A DNA stretch of 63,881 nt, counting the filler, from Reclinomonas americana ATCC 50394 (taxonomy: Eukaryota), in NCBI GenBank assembly GCA_048213135.1. It is 18 parts of 18 records of this genome, joined end to end, with 100 filler letters (N's around TTAATTAATTAA, not from the genome) between each part and the next. Parts side by side here need not be neighbours in the genome. Positions count along the whole stretch, not along the records: positions 54,922 to 58,679 come from AFZH01016876.1; positions 58,780 to 61,335 come from AFZH01016877.1; positions 61,436 to 62,550 come from AFZH01016879.1; positions 62,651 to 63,881 come from AFZH01016886.1; 14 more parts are not named here. One strand, 5' to 3'. The position numbers and the translations under genes are program-made. A model generated the notes under the pieces. That model was not told where the DNA came from, did no database searches, and saw nothing but the letters and a program-made list of their open reading frames with translations. Below are positions 54,922 to 63,881 of this stretch, piece by piece; position 1 is the first letter of the stretch, and every line of letters begins with the position of its first letter.

Positions 54922-56525
54922 CCGCCGGCGTGTGGCTCGGTCATCTGAGTGAGGCGTACTTGAGAGTTGCGTTTATCGTTGGAGGCGAGACTCTCGCTCA
55001 TCGATGGTATGAGCGCTCACTCTCTCTTGTGAATGGCAGGAGTACATTACGGTGGCGCTGGAGCAGCGGCATTGTGGATTCTTTATCGCGTTGTGGGATT
55101 GCACGTTGGTGACGGTGTTCCTGACGTTCAAAACAAAAGCGTACTACTTGTGGAAGCCGTGGCTGTTGCGGCAAAAAATGGAGACGGAAGGGGGGAAGGG
55201 GTGAGCGGAGGGCTGGTACTCATTTCTCCCTCGCCGCTCGCAGCTCGAAAAAGGTCGGCCTGTGCTTCCTGGTGTCGATCGCCCAGGTGTTTGCGGGTGG
55301 GTTTACAGGCGAGGCTCTGGCCTACGTCAGGTTCGTGGGGTGCTGCAAGAGAGTTTGGCGGTGAAGGGAAATGCTCATGGGTTTCCTACCATTCCTCTCT
55401 GAGCAGTTATGCCACGGCTGTTGCGTCACGCTGTCTTTTTTCCTTGTTTGCGCGAGTCACTGAACCAGATGCATGCAGACGGTGGTCAAGTCGTGTAAGA
55501 TGATTGCAACCATGTCGTTCGGTGAGTCGTTCTCGGTGGGTGTATTGCGCGCGCACGCGCCGGACTCACTCGCTTGCTTGCCGCTGCAGGATTTTTCGTC
55601 AGGGGAAGAAGATTTTCGCGTGGCGAGGTCATGGTGGGCGCGCTGATGGTGTCGGGACTGGTGAGTGCGGCATGCAGACGGTGACTACCTCCCTGTCGCC
55701 CGCGGCTCACTGCGCGCGCGCGACCCGCACAGGTCTTCCTGGTGCTGGACATGGCCGACTCCAAAATGACATTTTCTTTCATTGGTTGGCCTCTGCTCCT
55801 CCTTGGCATCGTCGCTTGTGCTTTCTCTGACTTCCACGCACAGGCCTGGGCATGCTGATCACGGCACTCATTTGCGACGCCATTTACATCAACAGCCAGG
55901 AGAGTCTGTTGCAGAATTACGAGTTGTCCATCGACGAGATGGTGCGTGAGCGCCTACTTGGTCGCCGGCCACTTGCCCCGCTGCTCACCCCGTCACCCGC
56001 ACACCAGATGTACTACATTTTCTTCTTCTCAGCGCTGCAGATGCTGGTGGTGTCGCTGCTGACGAATCAACTGCAAGAGGCGTACACCTACATCACCACA
56101 AAGAATCCGTACTACATTTTGGTGTTGGTGGTGCGTACGTGTGTGTTGGTTGCACGACTCTCATTGCCTTGAAAGCTCACAGCCTCCCCTTTCAACGCAG
56201 TCCGTCTCCTTGCTGCGCTACATTGGCTCGCAATGCGTGCTGCGCATCATTCGCGACCACGGCATGTTCTTCTCGGAGCTGGTGACCACATCGAGAAAGG
56301 CCACATCGTTGCGTTCATTTTCTACCCTCTTCCTATGCACGTGCGTCGCCATGACGAGAAGCGATGCGCTCACGATGTCTGTGTGTATCATGCAGAGTCA
56401 TTCTGTCGTTCTTCCTGTTCCCAAAGCCCATGTCGCTGCAATTCGGCATTGCCACCCTGCTGGTGTTTATCGGTGTCGGTGCCGGCCTGCAGCGTGTGCG
56501 CGCCAAGAAGAAGAACAAGGACTGA
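54922..56525 (+). CDS. SLC35B (UAA) family nucleotide-sugar/PAPS transporter, 5' partial
   Basis: AYLREYI, VSYATATVVKSCKMIATM, ALICDAIYINSQE, VTTSRKATSVILSFFLFPKP; about 10 introns; basic C-terminal tail. Confidence 0.88.
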
Positions 56526-56603
56526 GCAGAGAGAGACGAGAGAAAAATAGATGCGAGTTTTATAGGCGCATGCAAAACAAAACACTCCCTTCATTCACTC
56601 CCG

Positions 56604-57850
56604 TTATCTCGTCGGCACTACCTCCGCATCCGCCATGCTCTGCAGTCGTTCCCTTACGGCCTGCTGTTGCAGACACCACATGCCGTACATGCGATCGCGG
56701 TCCGGCAGCCTCTCCACCTCCTCGACGCTGGTGCGCTGGCACTCTACGTCCCACGGCTTGTGCGACTGGTGCAAAAAGTCAGCGACTTGCATGACCCAAA
56801 CAAAGAGGAAGACCACAAACAAGCAAAAACAAACCACGTAAAAATGAATCGTCTTCAGCGAGTCCCTGCGCAAGACACCAAGTAAGCACCAAGCACACAC
56901 CTCGCGTCCTCCTTTGCGTTGCACACACTACCAGTCCCACACTCCACGCTGGCGCATCTCATCCGAGTTCTTCGGCGTGAGGCCATAGGTAAACGGCAAG
57001 CCGATCCACTTTTTGCCGGCGCGCTTCTCCAGAATGCCCACCAGCACGCCCTGGTCGCCCCACAACAGGTAGTTGCGCTCCTCGTCGGTCGGTTCGCGCA
57101 CCATGCCCGCAAACTCCTCGTACTGCGCTACACTCGGCACCGCCACCGTGATGCCCGAGTTCATGCCACGATACGTGGCGCCCCACGTGTCCGACAAATC
57201 GTGCGTGAATGTGTTGGCCGGCCAGTCGTAGAACAGCGAGTCTACGTTGCGCACCACCAGCATGTCGAGGTCGAGGTACACCAACTTGCGCAGATCGGTC
57301 ATGCGCCACATTTCGATCTTGTCCACACGCACATCGACGAGGGCGCGATTTGGGTGATCGCACAAGAACGGTGTGATGCGCCGAAACGAGACACCCAAGT
57401 CGCGCAACAAGCGTCGCTCCGTGTCACTGAACGACGGCAGCACCCGCTCCTCCACCTCGTCCGGTGTGATCACCACCAGCGGAATGCACGAGGCGGTGTC
57501 GCGCAGCGACTTGGCCAGCACCATGAGCGACATGCGCACGCCGGGTTGCGAGTCGGCCGACGCAGGGGCGGTGAAGAACGTCACGTAGGCGAGGCCGTGT
57601 TCGCGGTCTTGCAGCGCGCAGTGGAGTGGGCGGAGTGGTGCGGTGGTCGTGGAGGAGGAGGAGGAGGAGGAGGAAAAGGGCGAGTGGTACAGAATCGGAT
57701 CTGCGAGGGTGGGGCATTGAGCGGGAGAGGGAAGGAGAAGGGGGGTGGGAGGGTAGGATAGGGTGCATCTTCACCGTTGACGTTGCAGGAGAGCGATGCA
57801 GAGTCGGAGGGGACAGCTCGTGGGGGTCCGTCGGCGCGGGGGATCTCGGC
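56604..57850 (-). CDS. Glycosyltransferase family 8 (glycogenin-like); 5' end uncertain
   Basis: AYVT, VLAKSLR, KIEMWRMTDLRKLVYLDLDMLVVRNVDSLF, MNSG, GDQGVL, IHFYVSHKPW. Confidence 0.9.
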
Positions 57851-57906
57851 TGTGGGAATGGGGGAGGAGGAGATGGTGAGGGAAAGGGAAAGGAGAGAGA
57901 GCAGAA

Positions 57907-58600
57907 GAGCGATCCACCATGACTCTCATAGTAAGTAACAGAGGGGAATACTTGACGCGGTCTCTCAAACACAAGGTCAGCACAGCGACACCCCTCTCAA
58001 GACACGCGAAGGAGGAGAATGCCACAAGCAGAAGGATCGCTCTTGTTGCCCACGCATCGCGCTCCAGAGACTCCCTGGATCGCACACTCACTGCTGTCTC
58101 TCACTACACCACAAACAGAAGGATCGCTCTTGTCGCTCATGCGTTGCCTCCCTGATCGCGATACTTCTCTCAAGTACAGCTCCTTCGCTCTCCCCGTGAG
58201 CGTGTATAGCTCTCTGCAACTCGACAAACATAATGATTGCTCGAGACCTCACCCATCGCCACGTGTTGCTCTGCTTTCGGCACAACGGATCGCTCTCATC
58301 GCCAGAGAGAGAGAGAGAGTCACTGAATCGCTTCTTCGCTCACTTATTGCACTCGCTCTCTGTGAATGAGTGTGTTCTCTCTCATCCCAGAAGAACAATG
58401 ATCGCTCTCACAACTCATGCCCTCCAGAGAGAGAGATGCACAGGATCGCTTCTTCGCTCACATATCGCCACGTGTCCCTCTGTTTCAGGCACAAAGGGTC
58501 TCGCTGGATCGCTACTTCACTTCACATATCGCTCACCCGACAGCGTGCATCGTCCACACCACAGACTCATCGCTCGTTCCATCGCTCTCTCACTCTGTGC

Positions 58601-58658
<58 letters not shown>

Positions 58659-58679
58659 GTCGGGAAGCTAAAGGATCGC
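57907..58679. repeat. Degenerate array of (G)GATCGCT-cored units
   Basis: About 10 cores (58034, 58077, 58121, 58287, 58400, 58443, 58507, 58673 and one inverted at 57907) with longer shared flanks. Confidence 0.65.
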
Positions 58680-59449
58680 NNNNNNNNNNNNNNNNNNNNN
58701 NNNNNNNNNNNNNNNNNNNNNNNTTAATTAATTAANNNNNNNNNNNNNNNNNNNNNNNNNNNNNNNNNNNNNNNNNNNNTTCTTCTTCTTCTTCTTCTTC
58801 TTCTTCTTCTTCTTCTTCTTCTTCTTCTTCTTCTCTCTCTCTCTCTCTTTTGTCGCACTCATTCATTGCCTTTCACGCACCTTGGTCATCGCCTTCTTGG
58901 CATAGGTCGTCGCTTTACCCTCGCGTTTCTTACAGCGCCTGTCTTTCTCTGTTGCCCTCTTTCTTCCTTTCTTCCTCTCTCTCTCTCTCTCTCTCGTATC
59001 GCACATCATGGCCTCTTTCGCTTCTCATAGTCATCGCCTTCAAGGCATAGGTCGTTGCCTTTCTCACAGCTCCCTTACCCGAAGCTTGTTGCTCGTCAGT
59101 TTTTTGATCTTCTTCTTGCACTTCCTTTCTTATTCTCATGTCGCACTCGTTCATGGACTCTCACGCACCTTGGTCATCGTCACTTTTCTCTCCTGCTTAC
59201 CCACCCCGTGCACTTTGCTCGTCGTTTTTTGTCATTCCTCTCTTGCATTCTTTCGTCTCTTCTCTCTTCTCTCTTCTTCTCTCTTCTCTGCCCTCACTTC
59301 TCTCTTCTCTCTTCTTTCCCCTTCTGTCCTTCCCCAGCCTCTTTGTTTGCCAGACTCTCTCCATACTGAATCAGTCCCTCGCCCTTGTCTTGTTGCGCCT
59401 CCCTCTCATTCTCTCACCTATGATCTGATTGTTTCTCTCTTCTGCGCAG

Positions 59450-60507
59450 CATATCCGGTGCTCTCCTCGGTGTTTCTGGCGCTGCTGATGCTGATCGACA
59501 AGATCTGGAGCATTGTGTTTGTGGCGCTCAGCCTGTTGATTTTTGTGTACAAGGGTGAGTGGGTGGAGAGGGGAGAAGAAAATCGCGGGCATTGCATGTC
59601 ACCCGGCTGTTGACTGAAGAGAGAGCGAGAGAGAGACGATAAGGAACAAGTCTTCTTTCTGTAACGCTCAAGCGGCAAAGAGGTGCGTGGTGTGCGCGAG
59701 GGTGAGTGAGCAGAGAGAGCATTGTGTGTACTTTCTCTCCAGTTAGATGAGGCACATCGCTGCGAGGGCGGTGCTCTGCCCTCGGAAGCGAGAATGTCAA
59801 GGCGTTGATCCCCTTCTCTGCTCACACCTCTGCGTCACCGCAGGGCTCGCACTACCGTACCCCACCGGCCCTTACGCCTACGAGATCATCATCTTGATCC
59901 TCTATCTCCCGGTGGCACTCGTGCGACTGTTTCTGGGCGACATGGGCAACAAGCTGACGCGCGCCAAGCACCTGGTGTGGTTCCTCGTGTTGACGGTGCC
60001 GGTGCTGGCTGCCAATGTGTATTACTTGATTCTTCAGATTTATGTGTTGCGTTTGGCAAGGGGGGAGGGGGAGGGGGGAGGGGGGAGAGTTCGCCCGTAC
60101 GTGCGAAGTACGGGTTTCTCCTGTTGTTTCTCTCTGTTTGCAGTGGCATGCATCTCCTGGCGGTCATCATGCTTGCAACTCGCTGTGTTGCTGAAGAATT
60201 TTCTTTGATGTGTCAAGGCGTTCTTGTGTCGACGAGTGCTTTTCTACCTTCTTCCTCTGTCGACAGTTCTTGTGCTGCACTACTCGCTGCATCACTCGTG
60301 AGCGTTTGTGTTGTCATGCTGGTGTCTTTTTGGCGGATTTCCTCCACGACTGGCTTTTTTGTTTGCGCTCCCCACTCAGACTCGCACTCACTCTCCTTCT
60401 GCAGGCTCTCGATTGACGTCGCACTCAACGGCCTCTCTCTAATCATTATCATGCTGGACACGGTGGTCGGGCTGGTCACCGCCATCAACTTCTGTCGATA
60501 TGTCTGA
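59450..60507 (+). CDS. TMEM216: Ciliary transition-zone membrane protein, TMEM216/TMEM80/TMEM17 family, 5' partial
   Basis: VLSS..., IFVYKGLALPYP, VRLFLGDMGN and YYLILQIYVLSIDVALNG align without gaps to remembered TMEM216 motifs; introns 59555-59843 and 60046-60404. Confidence 0.85.
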
Positions 60508-60601
60508 CAAAAGTGTAGGTCGAAATTGTGTCGTGACAGATTTTGCTGTTGTCCGGTCTGTGTTTTACTCCCTGTCTTCTTCCCCCCTCTCCCCCAAGTC
60601 G

Positions 60602-61098
60602 CTACTCGGTGTAGGGGTCGATGCGCTGTGCACGGACGCTGGAAGAAATTTTCAGCCGTGTTTTGACCTCTTTCCAGCATGGATCAGAAGTTTTCCACAC
60701 TTGGAACTCGTGGCCGTACTTCAAGAGAGAGAGAGAGAGAGCTGATGAGAGAGGGCTAAGCACCGTGAGTTGCGCGGGGAAGCACATACCTCTCCTCCCA
60801 GAAAGTCGTTGATCTCCTGCAGCAATACATGCATCTCCAGCCGGGGCGTAATGCCATTTCCTCTCCCCTCGCCTCTCCTGTAGTGCTCGTTGAACCACAG
60901 AACTGCGAGGCTCACCATGTCCTCCTCTTGAGAACTCAGTGGACGACGCGGCGACTTCCCTCGTGCCTTTTCCTCGCGATTGTGATCTTGCTCCCCATCC
61001 TGTTCCGCAGTTTCTCTCCAAGTCAGCAACCACACGCACGCGGATGACTGTCACGAGCAACTAACCGAACCGCAGTTCACGCCACTGCTGCTAGCCAT
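60602..61098 (-). CDS. Small four-exon hypothetical protein (about 86 aa)
   Basis: MASSSGVNCGS|DGEQ...QEEDM|EINDFLGGE|YGHEFQVW...DPYTE-stop; three phase-0 GT-AG introns keep frame. Confidence 0.6.
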
Positions 61099-61467
61099 GA
61101 GCCTCTCTCCTCCCACCAAAAAAAAAACAAAGACAAGTTGACAGGATTCGCCGGATTGTCCCGTTGCTCACCCGCACGATGAGAAACTCTGCTGCACTTC
61201 GCGCACATTATCGCGTCTCCTCTTCTGCATAGCATTTTCCTTCATACCCCGCCCATCAGCCGAGCAGTTCGTTCTTCCCTTCTCACATTAGCGTCGACTG
61301 TCCTCGCAGGACACGGCGGATATCACAAAAAATGTNNNNNNNNNNNNNNNNNNNNNNNNNNNNNNNNNNNNNNNNNNNNTTAATTAATTAANNNNNNNNN
61401 NNNNNNNNNNNNNNNNNNNNNNNNNNNNNNNNNNNAACTCCAGTCTGCCACGGTGAGCACGCTTGCG

Positions 61468-61499
<32 letters not shown>

Positions 61500-61540
61500 A
61501 GTGAGAGAGAACGCATCCACTCACTTCCATAAGAGACACA

Positions 61541-61575
<35 letters not shown>

Positions 61576-61698
61576 ACTTGTTTGCGTATGCGTGTGCGTG
61601 TTGTCAGTGTCCCTACTGGCTGCTCGTCGTCTTCTCTTGAGTGTAAAGCCTCACCCTCTGCCACATGCAGATCTTGGGTTGATGCCGGCCTGCAGTAG

Positions 61699-61764
61699 CT
61701 ATGCGGAAGTGGTGAAGAGCGAGTGCAACTGGTGCGGGAGTAGCGGGTACGAATGTCGATTATG

Positions 61765-61795
<31 letters not shown>

Positions 61796-61919
61796 CTCCC
61801 TCCTCCACTCTCACCCCTCATCACTGCGCTGTGCGCTCGACAGGGCCACGCCGGATGCCGACTTGAAAGACTACGCGGTGGACCTGGGTATGAAGAGGGG
61901 CATTCTTCCGAAGCATTGA
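61699..61919 (+). CDS. 3' fragment of hypothetical protein
   Basis: YAEVVKSECNW|ATPDADLKDYAVDLGMKRGILPKH-stop across a GT-AG intron; no family recognised. Confidence 0.35.
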
Positions 61920-62720
61920 TCCGTGCCGTCCCGCTACAAGTCGACCGTGGGGGGAAAAAGATGTGTCGACCACGGTTGCATCACTCGTACCCTACGCCGG
62001 CAAGGAGCCGGTGGAGAGCGACTGATTCACGCCCATGGGTGCCCATGTCGCTGCGCCCACGTAAGCTGCGGAAGAAGAAGAGCAAGCAGCAGCAGAATCA
62101 GCAACAGAAGGATGAGAAGAAGAAGAAGAAGAAGAAGAAGAGGGGCAAGGATGATAAGGCGACCGAGTCGAAACCAGGGTCGCGAGTAGATTCGTAAAGT
62201 GGTGAGTTGAGACGAGGAGGTATTGGGAGCTCAGTGGAGATGCATCACTCAACAGGGGAGAGAGAGAGTGTGTGTGTGCGTGTGTGTGTGTTTGCATTCG
62301 GCATGAAATGACGGCGATGCTATATTCAGTGTGCTGTGAGGAAGCTGGAAGTGTGTGTGCGCTCTCTCTCTCTCTCTCTCTCTGTGCACACAAACAGCAG
62401 GCAGTTTCTGTCATGCATTGCATTCTGCACAGTCTGATTGTTCGAGTTGCGTTGCGTATGATGCCGCACTTGTCACTTTCGTGTGACTGTGGTGTCGAGG
62501 AGGTGTGTGTTGTGGTACTTGGTTCAGTCGTACGCTCAGCAGGCAAGCACNNNNNNNNNNNNNNNNNNNNNNNNNNNNNNNNNNNNNNNNNNNNTTAATT
62601 AATTAANNNNNNNNNNNNNNNNNNNNNNNNNNNNNNNNNNNNNNNNNNNNAGAAGGAGGAGAAGGAGGAGGAGGAGGAATGCAGCTGATCACTGGCCCTC
62701 ACTCTCCCCGTCCGCCCACC

Positions 62721-63023
62721 TTAATCAGCGGATGCGCATGCCGTGTCTTTGCCTCGCACTCCTCACAGGCGAACCATCCAGCACACACCAGACACCTGCA
62801 ATAGACAGTCACTCAACACGCACGCCTCACTCAGTCACGCAGCGCCGCACCTGTACCACACACTGTTGACGCGCGTAGTGTCGCGCAAGGCTCCGCGACA
62901 GAGCGTGCACTGGTTGGCGGGGAGGACAGTGTCGAGGACGGCCATGTGTGGCTCGTCGTCGTTGAGCGAGGTCGGTGCCTCAGGCGTGGGTGTGCTGCTG
63001 TCTGCGAATGCAGCGGAATCCAT
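62721..63023 (-). CDS. ZZ-type zinc-finger protein, 5' portion (continues into gap)
   Basis: Spliced CTLC...VWYRCLVCAGWFACEECEAKTRHAHPLIK matches ZZ Cys/His spacing; the motif is only visible after removing the intron at about 62796-62851. Confidence 0.8.
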
Positions 63024-63881
63024 GGCGCATAATGAGAGAAATCGGACGCAAGACGACACGCAGGACGACTTGTGGTGGCGGGTGCGGGTGTTGCGGCAAG
63101 TGAGGCACGATTGCTGGAAACGTGCAGGCAGTCGGTGATTGCAGTGCTGAGTGGCGGAGCACTCGATGTTCGGTTTCTCGTGATTTGCGACGTTTTCCGA
63201 TCCTCTGAGGCCTGTAATTCGGCGCTCTCCGCTACCAAGCCGCTGATGGCACTCGATGCGTCCTTCTCCTTGGCCTCGCCGTGCAACCGGCAGACTGCCA
63301 GCCCCTGCAACCAAAAGTGCAGATGTTCGGTATTGCAAGTTTGATCGCGCGAGACGATTCTCGCTCCCCTCTGATGCAGATTTCCTCACTGCCACATTAT
63401 CTAGTGACCTAGGTGCACTTGCACGCAAGCCACCGTTATGCCATTTGCAGGCACCACTCCTTCCAGCACAAGTTCAAATGTTCGGTTTTTGCATGCATAT
63501 GTTCGACGTTTTCCAACCCATGCGTTGCTTCTTTCCTCTCTCCCACACCAACGAACTCCCTATATTCTCTTGCAAGTCGTGGTTGGACAAGCTGCAAACA
63601 TCATTCCCTGCAATCAAAAGTTCGCATGTTCGGTTTTTGCATGATCGACGTCCGCGACGTTCTCACACCCACGCAATCGCCTCTTCACACAGCAAGGCTC
63701 TCCACCACCCTGCACTGCCTCCTCCACCAACACACACAGTGCATGCGAGATTCGCCGCCGAGCGACCAAGTCCCACATGCGTCCCACTGAGCTGCAACGG
63801 TCAGTTCGCATTCTTTCCAAGACAACACACAGAGAGAGCTTGTGTTTCGTTGCAGATTCTCTGTGCACACACACATACACT

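Noticed and set aside
57907..58679. CRISPR-like repeat-spacer array
   Set aside because: Cores are only about 8 nt, spacing is irregular, spacers resemble each other, the context is eukaryotic and there are no cas genes.
61592..62197. 201-aa ORF with Lys-rich tail
   Set aside because: It crosses an evident intron, and a different spliced frame ending at 61919 reads more plausibly; a homopolymer error near 61950 cannot be excluded.

Overview
This is intron-rich, GC-rich nuclear DNA of a probably flagellated protist (TMEM216 present; nucleus-encoded TilS), and it uses the standard genetic code. The window is a pseudo-scaffold of 18 contigs joined by 17 artificial 100-nt spacers (N44-TTAATTAATTAA-N44), so the ORF track is fragmented and I assembled gene models by hand across GT-AG introns. 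About 18 genes can be supported. Three are very large secreted/surface proteins (Ig-like/EGF/BNR; malectin-like/cadherin/EGF; NHL/cadherin/FN3/IPT-like). The others include an IFI44-like P-loop protein, an IDI-like Nudix hydrolase, TilS, TANGO6/Rtp1, a 4-GAF class I phosphodiesterase, GT31 and GT8 glycosyltransferases, an SLC35B transporter, TMEM216, a ZZ zinc-finger protein and several orphans. The most striking signal is in the splice donors. Besides ordinary G|GTGAGT and G|GTGCGT sites there is an abundant second class, H|GTTGCGT (27 sites by hand count, roughly one intron in five). In this class the consensus is displaced one nucleotide into the intron and the last exon base is never G. 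That is the geometry of 'shifted-register' U1 pairing, described as a rarity in human genes but apparently mainstream here. All exon boundaries are inferred from reading frame and remembered family motifs, not from RNA data, and I cannot name the organism.
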